From an uncultured Candidatus Saccharibacteria bacterium (GTDB taxonomy: Bacteria; Patescibacteriota; Minisyncoccia; UBA6257; 2-01-FULL-56-20): 56,950 nucleotides of DNA. Location of the stretch: contig CAYHXB010000001.1 of assembly GCA_964360535.1 (NCBI GenBank), forward strand, positions 1 through 56,950, written 5' to 3'. Shown here in pieces: positions 41,557 through 49,777 of this stretch. The translations under genes were made by a program, and so were the position numbers. The notes below the pieces were generated by a model that had not been told where the DNA came from, did not search any database, and worked only from the letters and a program-made list of their open reading frames with translations. The first letter of the stretch is position 1; every line of letters starts with the position of its first letter.

Positions 41557-42912
41557 ATGAATTATCTCAAAATTTCCAGAGGTATTCTTTTCTTAATTCC
41601 TTTTACGGCTGTCATTGTCTTGCCTTGGACTATCTTCCCGTTTAATGTCGGCAAGTTCGTGTTTTTCCGCGCCTTGGTCGATTTATCGCTTATATTTTTT
41701 ATTTGGGCCTGGGCAAGCGGCAAAATAGTCATTGATCATAAATCGTTTATTAAACCAATAGCTATTGGTGTCGCAATTTTTGTTGCCATGTTTCTTTTGG
41801 CTTCTTTTTTTGCTTACGATCCATTAGCCGCTTTTTGGGGGAATTTTGAACGCGGCGAGTCAGGAGTCCAATTACTCCACTTACTTATTTTCTTTTTTCT
41901 GATGACTACGCTTTTTAGGAATGAGAATGACTGGCAAAAAATGCTGAAATCGATACTAGTTTCCGCATTTTTGTCGGTATTATACGGATTATTCACCGGT
42001 TCGGTAAGCGGTTTTATTGGTTACAGATTCTCGTTAAACGACCGTTTTCAAGGGAGTTTGGGAAATCCGGGGTATATGGCTCAGTTCATGATATTCGCTG
42101 TTTTTTTTGCAATTTATTTAATGCTTGGTTCCGAAACGAAATTTAAATCTTATTGGTACGGCTTCTTATCGGTATTTTTCTCTATATTTCTTTTATTGTC
42201 TCAAACTAGAGGGGCCCTTCTCGGCTTTGTCGCGGGTATATCGGCATTTTTAATTTATCTCATCATCGGAATACATAAGAAAAATCCGAAATTAATTTCT
42301 GGATTAATATTGCTGTTATTGTTCGCAAGTTTGATATTGTTAATTAACTCCCGTAATTTGCCATTCATAAAGAAGACACCGGTTATAGGTCAGATTGCCA
42401 ATATTTCGCTTGAGGCCGGGACAACCCGTATTTGGACTTGGGGAATCGCTGTTAAGGGAATTGTTGACAGGCCGATTTTTGGCTGGGGGCCGGAAAACTT
42501 CAGCGTTGTTTTTGATAAATACTTTGATACAAGATATTTTATCCCGTCAAGAGAAAATAGGTTTTACGATACATTGTTTGACAGAGCTCATAGCGTGATT
42601 TTCGATTATGGAGCAGAGATTGGACTTCTTGGACTTGCATCGTATCTGGGAATTTTCGTGCTTTACTACATCCAATTCTATAAATTTAACAAACAACAAA
42701 AAATCCACAACTTACGGAAAAATTCGTCAGTTACCGGTTATCGACCATTGTTTACCGAAGCAATCTTTTTTTCTATGCCAGTCGCTTATTTAATTGCTGG
42801 TTCAACTATTTTTGACGTTCTGCCGACATATATAATGTTATTCGTGTTTTTATCATTTGCAAATTACAAATTAATAAATTCCGATAATCAATTCAATGAA
42901 TATAAAAACTAA
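41557..42912 (+). CDS. O-antigen ligase/polymerase family (Wzy_C-type) membrane protein; paralog of 1648..3036
   Basis: 'LSQTRGALLGFVAG', 'IFGWGPENFSVVFDKYFDTR' and 'RFQGSLGNPGY'. Confidence 0.75.
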   Translation: MNYLKISRGILFLIPFTAVIVLPWTIFPFNVGKFVFFRALVDLSLIFFIWAWASGKIVIDHKSFIKPIAIGVAIFVAMFLLASFFAYDPLAAFWGNFERGESGVQLLHLLIFFFLMTTLFRNENDWQKMLKSILVSAFLSVLYGLFTGSVSGFIGYRFSLNDRFQGSLGNPGYMAQFMIFAVFFAIYLMLGSETKFKSYWYGFLSVFFSIFLLLSQTRGALLGFVAGISAFLIYLIIGIHKKNPKLISGLILLLLFASLILLINSRNLPFIKKTPVIGQIANISLEAGTTRIWTWGIAVKGIVDRPIFGWGPENFSVVFDKYFDTRYFIPSRENRFYDTLFDRAHSVIFDYGAEIGLLGLASYLGIFVLYYIQFYKFNKQQKIHNLRKNSSVTGYRPLFTEAIFFSMPVAYLIAGSTIFDVLPTYIMLFVFLSFANYKLINSDNQFNEYKN

Positions 42913-43489
42913 ACAATTAATAGCGTTAATGATAACGGCGATTTCTGTAGATTTGCTATATTCTTCCGCCTATCTGCCATATGTCAAAGCCAGTTTGTAT
43001 ACCACCGCTTCTGAAAATATAAGTCGGTACAAAACAGTCGATGATTTTAAAAACGCTTTTGATAAAGTATTTGATTTTTATTCGCCGATAGGCCAACAGG
43101 AAATTGAACGATTTTTAGGCGTCCATATTTTGAATATTATTCGTAATACCGAACAACCCAAGTCGGTTTCTGGCGCGCTTGTAAATTATGCCGAAGAGAT
43201 TTTTCACATTGATTATCCAACTTACCGTGGCCTTAACTTTGTGCAAAATTACATAATCTTGGGAAATATTCATTTGGAAAACTGGAGGCGCCATCATGAA
43301 CCGCAAGACGCTGTTTTAGCTGAAAAATATTTTTTGGATGGATTAAAATCAAGTCCAAAACGGCCGCAATTTCTTTACGGTCTTTTTGTCGTATATACTG
43401 AGAGCAACCAAAAAGAAAAGGCGATTTCTGTCGACAAGGAAATAATGAAATACTGGCCTACTGATCAAACCGTTAAAAAGGCCAAATAA
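42896..43489 (+). CDS. Hypothetical membrane-anchored protein; paralog of 3157..3786
   Basis: 'SPIGQQE', 'SPKRPQFLYGL' and 'WPTD'. It overlaps the upstream Wzy_C gene by 17 nt. Confidence 0.6.
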   Translation: MNIKTKQLIALMITAISVDLLYSSAYLPYVKASLYTTASENISRYKTVDDFKNAFDKVFDFYSPIGQQEIERFLGVHILNIIRNTEQPKSVSGALVNYAEEIFHIDYPTYRGLNFVQNYIILGNIHLENWRRHHEPQDAVLAEKYFLDGLKSSPKRPQFLYGLFVVYTESNQKEKAISVDKEIMKYWPTDQTVKKAK

Positions 43490-43531
43490 TTTTTTGACAC
43501 TATTCACGCTTTGTTTTATTATGTTTAAACA

Positions 43532-44551
43532 ATGATAGTAGTAAGAGCCCCGTTAAGAATAAGTTTTGTCGGAGGCGGAACGGATATCGGCGATTTTTAC
43601 CGCCAGCACCCGGGCCGCGTCATTTCCACGGCCATAGACAAGTTCGTCTACGTCGTCATAAACAGGACGCCTCTCATTCCGAAGGTGTCTGCGCGCTATT
43701 CCATTTCGGAAACTGTAGACAGACCTGACGACCTTCAGCATACCCGCATAAAAGCGGCTCTTTTGGATATGGGAATAGGAAAGGGAATAGAAATAGGTTC
43801 GTTTGCCAGTTTGCCGGCCAAGACCGGCCTTGGTTCGTCTTCGAGCTTTTCGGTAGCGCTTATGAAGGGATTGCACGCATTTAAAGGCAATAAACTGGAT
43901 AAGGGAGAAGCGGCCGAAGCGGCTTCCCGCCTTGAAATAGAACTTGTCGGTGAACCCATAGGCAAGCAGGACCAGTATGCGTCGGCTTTCGGAGGCCTTA
44001 ACGTCATCCAATTCAATGCGGACGAAAGCGTGGACGTTGACCCGGTTCTTTGGGACTACAAAAAACGCCTCGGTCTTGAAAACAGCATTTTGCTTTTTTA
44101 CACCGGTCTAACCAGATTAGCTTCAAGCGTTTTGACCGAGCAAAAGGCCAATATAGCTGTAAGCAATAAATTCGAAACTATGAAAGAGATGGCAAATTCC
44201 GTCCATGATTTCAGAGACGTTCTTCTTACTGGTGATTTTAAGAAGTTGGGAGAAATGCTTCATGAGGGCTGGCTCAAGAAAAAGACATTGGCTTCAAATG
44301 TTTCCAATTCTACAATTGATGATCTTTATAATGCCGGAATTAATGCCGGGGCTTGGGGCGGAAAAGTTCTTGGAGCGGGCGGAGGAGGATGCGTAATGTT
44401 CATTGGCCCGGAAGACAAAAAGCCGGTGATCCGCGAAGCCATTTCAAAAGTAGCCAAGGGAAAAAATCTAGATGAGTTCCGGGAAATTCCGATAAAATTC
44501 GTCCAGTCCGGAGCCGAGATAGTTTTCAATAGCGACGAAATAAGCAGATAA
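43532..44551 (+). CDS. hddA: GHMP kinase, D-glycero-alpha-D-manno-heptose 7-phosphate kinase-like
   Basis: 'RAPLRISFVGGGTD' and 'PAKTGLGSSSSFSVAL'. It lies in an operon with gmhA, gmhB and hddC. Confidence 0.75.
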   Translation: MIVVRAPLRISFVGGGTDIGDFYRQHPGRVISTAIDKFVYVVINRTPLIPKVSARYSISETVDRPDDLQHTRIKAALLDMGIGKGIEIGSFASLPAKTGLGSSSSFSVALMKGLHAFKGNKLDKGEAAEAASRLEIELVGEPIGKQDQYASAFGGLNVIQFNADESVDVDPVLWDYKKRLGLENSILLFYTGLTRLASSVLTEQKANIAVSNKFETMKEMANSVHDFRDVLLTGDFKKLGEMLHEGWLKKKTLASNVSNSTIDDLYNAGINAGAWGGKVLGAGGGGCVMFIGPEDKKPVIREAISKVAKGKNLDEFREIPIKFVQSGAEIVFNSDEISR

Positions 44552-44561
44552 TAAAAAATGA

Positions 44562-44683
44562 ATCCCGTAAGAAACAACAATTACATGGAATCCAAAAATA
44601 TGTTAAATATCACACATAAAAAGTCGTCCACCGCTCAAGCGGTTATTCACGATTGTCTAAAGACAATCTGTTTCTAGCGGGAT
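44562..44683 (+). repeat. Junction element copy 3
   Basis: TIRs ATCCCGTAAGAAACA (44562..44576) and TGTTTCTAGCGGGAT (44669..44683). Hairpins at 44630..44643 and 44651..44668. Confidence 0.85.
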
Positions 44684-45281
44684 GAAAGACTTTATCAACG
44701 AATTTTCGAAAAAATCTATAGTGGCTATAGAAAACCTACCACATGATGAAATAGCCAAGGCGCTTAATGTTTTGCAGGGGGTTTATGAAAACGATGGGCG
44801 TGTCTATGTCTTTGGAAATGGAGGCTCGTGGGCCATTGCTGGACACTGGGTGACGGATTTCAATAAAACAGTTTTCAGTAATCATCTTGATCAGCACAAC
44901 CGCCGTTTCATGGTTAGCCGTATTCCCGCAAGTGAAGAGGAATTAACCGCATGGGCGAACGATATTGGTTACGATATGGTATTCGCGGGGCCGTTGGAAA
45001 ACGTTCTTGAGGACGGTGATGTTGTTATTGCAATATCAAGCTCCGGCAATTCAAAAAATATTATCAATGCCGTAGAGGTAGCTAAAAAGCATAAAGTTCC
45101 CGTCATAGGGCTTTCTGGATTCGACGGCGGAAAACTTAACCAGCTTGCCGACATAAAAATACTCGTGCCGACTCCGAAAGGGGAATACGAAGTAGTGGAA
45201 AGCACGCATGACACGATGATGCACTTGATGACAAAGTACTTCAAGAATTATTTCGACCATTTAGTGGAGACGAAAAAATAA
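44682..45281 (+). CDS. gmhA: SIS-domain phosphoheptose isomerase
   Basis: 'VYVFGNGGSWAIAGH' and 'VVIAISSSGNSKNI'. Confidence 0.8.
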   Translation: MKDFINEFSKKSIVAIENLPHDEIAKALNVLQGVYENDGRVYVFGNGGSWAIAGHWVTDFNKTVFSNHLDQHNRRFMVSRIPASEEELTAWANDIGYDMVFAGPLENVLEDGDVVIAISSSGNSKNIINAVEVAKKHKVPVIGLSGFDGGKLNQLADIKILVPTPKGEYEVVESTHDTMMHLMTKYFKNYFDHLVETKK

Positions 45282-45282
45282 A

Positions 45283-45840
45283 ATGACAAGGGCGGTTTTT
45301 TTGGACCGTGACGGAACAATCAACACGGCGATTGAAAACATCCGGAGCGCAAATCAGTTGCGGATTTTGCCCGGCGCGGCCGCGGCTATAAAAAAACTAA
45401 ATCGCGCCGGTTTTCTGGCGATTGTAATCACCAATCAGCCGATAGTGGCGAGAGGATTAATTACGGAGAAAAAGTTGGATTTTATACACGCCGTGCTTGT
45501 AAAACGCCTCGGTAAAAATGGCGCAAAGCTCGATGCGATTTACTATTGTCCCCATCATCCCAATGCGAATCTGCAGAAATACCGAGTGCGGTGTCGGTGC
45601 AGGAAGCCGAACACAGGGTTGATAAAACAGGCGATAAAGCGTTTTCATATAAATTCAAAGAAAAGTTTTATGGTCGGCGACACGATGCCCGATATTGTGG
45701 TGGGTAAACGGGCGAAACTAAAAACAATTTTAGTAAAAACCGGAGGTTTCAAAAATCACAGGGGATACAATACAAGGCCGAATTTCGTCGTTAAAAATCT
45801 TCCCGAGGCGGTAAAAACAATTCTTCGCAATGGAAAATAA
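45283..45840 (+). CDS. gmhB: D-glycero-D-manno-heptose 1,7-bisphosphate phosphatase (HAD-IIIA)
   Basis: 'AVFLDRDGTIN', the Zn motif 'CPHHP...CRCRKP' and 'MVGDTMPDI'. Confidence 0.8.
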   Translation: MTRAVFLDRDGTINTAIENIRSANQLRILPGAAAAIKKLNRAGFLAIVITNQPIVARGLITEKKLDFIHAVLVKRLGKNGAKLDAIYYCPHHPNANLQKYRVRCRCRKPNTGLIKQAIKRFHINSKKSFMVGDTMPDIVVGKRAKLKTILVKTGGFKNHRGYNTRPNFVVKNLPEAVKTILRNGK

Positions 45841-46594
45841 AATAACACAGGCAGTTATACTCTCCGCGGGTTTCGGAACGCGCCTTAAACCGCTCACAGA
45901 TAACATTCCCAAAGTCATGGTGCCATTTTCCGGCAAACCGCTTCTTCAGTGGCACATTGAGCAATTAAAGAAACACGGCGTGGAAGAATTTTTCATAAAC
46001 CTCTTTTATTTGCCGGAAGTCGTAAAAAACTATTTCGGCGACGGTTCCAAATTCGGCGTCAAAATAAATTATTTTTTGGAACAGCCGGAGATACTCGGAA
46101 CTGCCGGAGGCATAAAAGATTTTTCCGCCAAAGGCGGATCCGCCTCGGGCGGAGATGGTTACTTGAAGAACAATTTCTTTGTAGTATACGGGGATGTTTT
46201 CAGTTTGCTTGATTATACAAAGATGGCGGAATCCTTTTTAAATAATAAAGATAATCCGATTGGCATGACTATCGTCGGATTCAACGACCATCCTCACGAT
46301 TCCGACCTGGTTCAGGTTGATAAGAACCTAAAATTCATAAAAGTATATCCTAAGCCGAATAAAGAACTTCCGGAGAACTGGCGGGCAATGCGGACAACTT
46401 TCGTATTTAATGAGCGGATTTTGAAATATATTCCAGAAAACAAGTATTACGAAATAGACCACCAGCTGCTGCCGGATATTCTGTCCAAAGGAGAAAAATT
46501 CTACGGCTATGAAACAACTGACTATTTGAAAGATATCGGAACTCCGGAACGCTACGCAGACGTACAGAAATATCTTTCGGAAAAGGGATTATAA
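45830..46594 (+). CDS. hddC: Heptose-1-phosphate nucleotidyltransferase-like (HddC-type)
   Basis: 'AVILSAGFGTRLKPLTDNIPKVMVPF' and 'GTAGGIKDF'. It contains a GC-rich palindromic segment at 46125..46152. Confidence 0.7.
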   Translation: MENKITQAVILSAGFGTRLKPLTDNIPKVMVPFSGKPLLQWHIEQLKKHGVEEFFINLFYLPEVVKNYFGDGSKFGVKINYFLEQPEILGTAGGIKDFSAKGGSASGGDGYLKNNFFVVYGDVFSLLDYTKMAESFLNNKDNPIGMTIVGFNDHPHDSDLVQVDKNLKFIKVYPKPNKELPENWRAMRTTFVFNERILKYIPENKYYEIDHQLLPDILSKGEKFYGYETTDYLKDIGTPERYADVQKYLSEKGL

Positions 46595-46610
46595 ATTAAG
46601 ATAAATTATA

Positions 46611-46653
46611 AAGCCGCACCTGGATTTCTCCAAAAGTGCGGCTTCTTTTTTTC
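46611..46653 (+). terminator. Intrinsic terminator after hddC (possibly bidirectional)
   Basis: A 9-bp stem AAGCCGCAC/GTGCGGCTT (46611..46619 and 46635..46643) is followed by CTTTTTTTCT. Confidence 0.7.
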
Positions 46654-46668
46654 TTGTTAACCTCGCGT

Positions 46669-47265
46669 TCAGCCGTTGTTGATATAGCCGACCGCTTCGG
46701 ACATTTCCACATTTAGCCTTCCGTCGTTTTTCGAGCCCCACGTTCCGATTTTGATGTGGGGTAGTCCAATGGGATCGTAGCGCCCCTTCACTTCAAAGTA
46801 GCGCGCCGGCGAATTTACACCACCGACGTACGCTCCCTCGCCGAAGCCACGACTTGCCATGCGGCGTGCCACTTCATCCTCGATGTCGCCTTGTGGAACA
46901 CATTGAATGAACTTGAGTTCGGCGTTCGGGTGCTGAGCCATCAGATCGAGAAGCATCTGCTGACCAACTTTCCGCGAAAACGTTGCCGTGATGATTAGCG
47001 ATCGTCCAATGTCAAGGTTCTCGTGCGCGCCAGCGAGGAGCAGGCGATAAGCCATCGCCATTTCCGTTGCATCGCGCTTCATCAACTCCAGTGATTCGTT
47101 GGGATGAGGATAGGGAATCCCCACCATCAACGCTCTCACCTCGTCTATGTCGATGTGGTGAACAGGATCCTTGTTGTCCTGGCCGAGTTTGACCAGGCCT
47201 TTGGCAAGCGTGGTTTTGCCGGAGAAAGGCCACCCACAAATTACAACAAGTGTCGGATGTTTCAT
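46669..47265 (-). CDS. P-loop NTPase/kinase (AAA_33-like)
   Basis: Walker A 'GWPFSGKTTLA'. GC-rich. Start at the ATG at 47265, which is preceded by GGAAAGGA. Confidence 0.55.
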   Translation of the reverse strand: MKHPTLVVICGWPFSGKTTLAKGLVKLGQDNKDPVHHIDIDEVRALMVGIPYPHPNESLELMKRDATEMAMAYRLLLAGAHENLDIGRSLIITATFSRKVGQQMLLDLMAQHPNAELKFIQCVPQGDIEDEVARRMASRGFGEGAYVGGVNSPARYFEVKGRYDPIGLPHIKIGTWGSKNDGRLNVEMSEAVGYINNG

Positions 47266-47446
47266 TCTAATTCCTTTCCGCGGGCATGCCGCGAGAGTAA
47301 GGGTTGAAATCAGTTGTATTCGTATATCAATCCGCAGGTTTTTAAGGCCTGTGAAGCTGCGCCAATTTAAGCATAAAATTGATAATTTGTCAAAGAGATT
47401 ATACAACCGCTTTATTCATTATCTTTTATCATTTATTCTTTACTTT

Positions 47447-48268
47447 ATGCCCAAGGTATCAATATTGATGGCCACGTACAACCGCGCGGGATTGATAGAT
47501 TCCGCCATTAAAAGCGCCCAAAATCAATCATTTAACGATTGGGAGCTTATAATTGCCGACGACGGTTCTGCAGATAATACTTCCGAAGTTGTCGCGGAGT
47601 GGCTTAAAAAAGAGCCTAGGATAATCTATACAAGAAGCGAAATTAACCAGGGCATTTCCAAAAACTACAACCGCGGTCTTCGCTTGGCGAAAGGGGAATA
47701 CGTAGCCATGCTGGACGACGACGACCCGTGGTGCGACCCCGACAAACTAAAAAAACAAATAGAATTTTTGGATAAAAATCCCGACTACGCAGGTTGCGGC
47801 GGTGGAATGATTGTCATTGATGGCGACGGCAAAGAAGTTTACAGATACCTCAAGCCGGAAACAGATGAAGCCATCCGGAATAAAATGCTCTTCGGAAATC
47901 CCATGGCTAACAGCACGACAATGTTTCGCCGGAGCGCCGGAGAGAAAGCCGGCTTATACGACGAATCAACGCGCTATTCGGGCGACCGCGATTTTTGGTT
48001 GAAGCTCGGACTTATCGGCAAGCTCAGAAATCTGCCGGAATATTTCTCGTATTACCTGATGGCCAATGACAACACTTCCATAATAAAAATAAGGCCGCAC
48101 CTCAAGGCCTCAATTATGGTTATGAAAAGATACAAGGACAAATATCCGGGATATTATCCGGCGCTCGTTTTCAACGAGCTCCAGTATTTTTACGCGTTCA
48201 TTCCCGAATCAATCAGGAAAAGAATACATCCGGCGCTCGCCAGGATGAAAAGAAGGCTTGCCGGGTAG
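47447..48268 (+). CDS. Glycosyltransferase family 2
   Basis: 'VSILMATYNRAGLI' and 'MLDDDDPW'. Confidence 0.8.
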   Translation: MPKVSILMATYNRAGLIDSAIKSAQNQSFNDWELIIADDGSADNTSEVVAEWLKKEPRIIYTRSEINQGISKNYNRGLRLAKGEYVAMLDDDDPWCDPDKLKKQIEFLDKNPDYAGCGGGMIVIDGDGKEVYRYLKPETDEAIRNKMLFGNPMANSTTMFRRSAGEKAGLYDESTRYSGDRDFWLKLGLIGKLRNLPEYFSYYLMANDNTSIIKIRPHLKASIMVMKRYKDKYPGYYPALVFNELQYFYAFIPESIRKRIHPALARMKRRLAG

Positions 48269-48290
48269 CAGCCGGCTTAAGGCAGCACAT

Positions 48291-49757
48291 TTATCCAGTC
48301 CGCAGGATGGATTTTATTTCTCCCCAAAGAGTTTCTTTGAGGAAATAGAGAATTGCAAGATAAAGAGTGCCGGCGGCGACCATGGCCACGATTACATTTA
48401 TACCTGCTTTCAGCGATATGAAAAGAAAAACCGCCGAAATAACTGACGCAAAAAATATTTTTCCTATTTTTAGGTTTAAATCAAAGCCGACTATTTTCCA
48501 TGTTATATACCAAAGATAAACCTCGGCGATTATTGACGAAAAAAGAGTTGCGAAGGCCGAACCATTTATCCCGTATCTCGGTATTAAAATTAAATCCAAT
48601 CCAACGTTAAGGATTCCGCCTATGGCGGCGTATATAGTCAGCAATTTTTGTTTGTTGTAAACAAAAACTATATTACTGAGTATGACCGCCATGAAGTTAA
48701 AGGCGAGAGTTAAAAGAAGAATGCGGAAAGACATTACCGAAGGTATATATTCAGCTCCGAAAATTAAATCAACTAAAGCCCCGGCGGCAACGATTCCACA
48801 AAGAGAAACTGGCAAAGAAAAAGAAAAAGAGAATCTCAGTATGTTTTTAAGCGCGATTTTTATCCTATCTTTTTCCTCTTTGAAGAACCTTGAGAATATA
48901 GGTAACGAGCTTTGAGCGGCTATGCCTCCAAAAAGATAAAGTAACTGTATAATTCTTGCCGAGGCAGAATAGAAACCGACATCTTCCGCCGAACGGAATA
49001 TGCCGATTATAAGAATGTCGGTGTTTAACATCAAAAGGCCGAGTACTCCAGAAATGGCGAACGGCCAAGCAGATGAAAGTATTTCTTTAACCAACGGCTT
49101 TGAAAAATGAGAAAATGCCTCAACTGCATCTTTCCGTAATACATAAATGGTTGCTATTAGGCCTAGCGCGGTTCCGAAAACGTAAGAAGCTGTAAACGAC
49201 ATTACTGTCGGTCTTATGCTGAGAGAAATAAATCCTGCAGTGACTATCGCCAAATTAGTAAACAAATACAAGCCGGCCTCAAGCTCCATTTTTTCCCTTG
49301 CCCTTATGAGCGAAAATCCAAAATTTCTGAGCGTATCGAATACTAGAATGGCTGCCATCATGCCTAGTAACCGTTCGACTCCCGACAAAGTCGAAATACG
49401 CGGAGCGACGAATATAACGACTATTACGCCGAGCGCCAGAAGAAAAAGTTTTATGAAAATAGAAGTAGAAATAATCTGGCTCTGCTTTAGGGCGTCTCCT
49501 TTTGTTTTCACGCTTTCTCTTGTGAGAATTGCATTTATTCCTATATCGACAAAGATTGTCAGAAAAGCGACAAGTGTTATACCGTATGAAAAAATACCCC
49601 ATCCAGCGGCGCCGAGAACGCGCGCCGCATAAATTATTATGGCGGCCCGAATAAAGCGGCCACCGACATTACCGAAAGCCAACCAAAAAGCGTTTTTGGC
49701 AAAAGTTTGCCTGTTGGTAATGTTACTGAAAAGAAAGTTCTTGATATATTTTCTCAT
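48291..49757 (-). CDS. Wzx-type polysaccharide flippase (MOP superfamily)
   Basis: 488 aa with about 12-14 TM helices. The N-terminal 'FAKNAFWLAFGNVGGRFIRAAIIIYAARVLG' is typical of polysaccharide biosynthesis proteins. Confidence 0.75.
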   Translation of the reverse strand: MRKYIKNFLFSNITNRQTFAKNAFWLAFGNVGGRFIRAAIIIYAARVLGAAGWGIFSYGITLVAFLTIFVDIGINAILTRESVKTKGDALKQSQIISTSIFIKLFLLALGVIVVIFVAPRISTLSGVERLLGMMAAILVFDTLRNFGFSLIRAREKMELEAGLYLFTNLAIVTAGFISLSIRPTVMSFTASYVFGTALGLIATIYVLRKDAVEAFSHFSKPLVKEILSSAWPFAISGVLGLLMLNTDILIIGIFRSAEDVGFYSASARIIQLLYLFGGIAAQSSLPIFSRFFKEEKDRIKIALKNILRFSFSFSLPVSLCGIVAAGALVDLIFGAEYIPSVMSFRILLLTLAFNFMAVILSNIVFVYNKQKLLTIYAAIGGILNVGLDLILIPRYGINGSAFATLFSSIIAEVYLWYITWKIVGFDLNLKIGKIFFASVISAVFLFISLKAGINVIVAMVAAGTLYLAILYFLKETLWGEIKSILRTG

Positions 49758-49777
49758 TTCGGTTTATACTTTCCTTT

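Noticed and set aside
46669-47265. P-loop kinase considered as the missing APS kinase (CysC)
   Set aside because: Its Walker A context and the 'DIDEVR' segment do not resemble the CysC pattern I recall (GLSGSGKST, LDGDN). It is also distant from cysDN and on the opposite strand.
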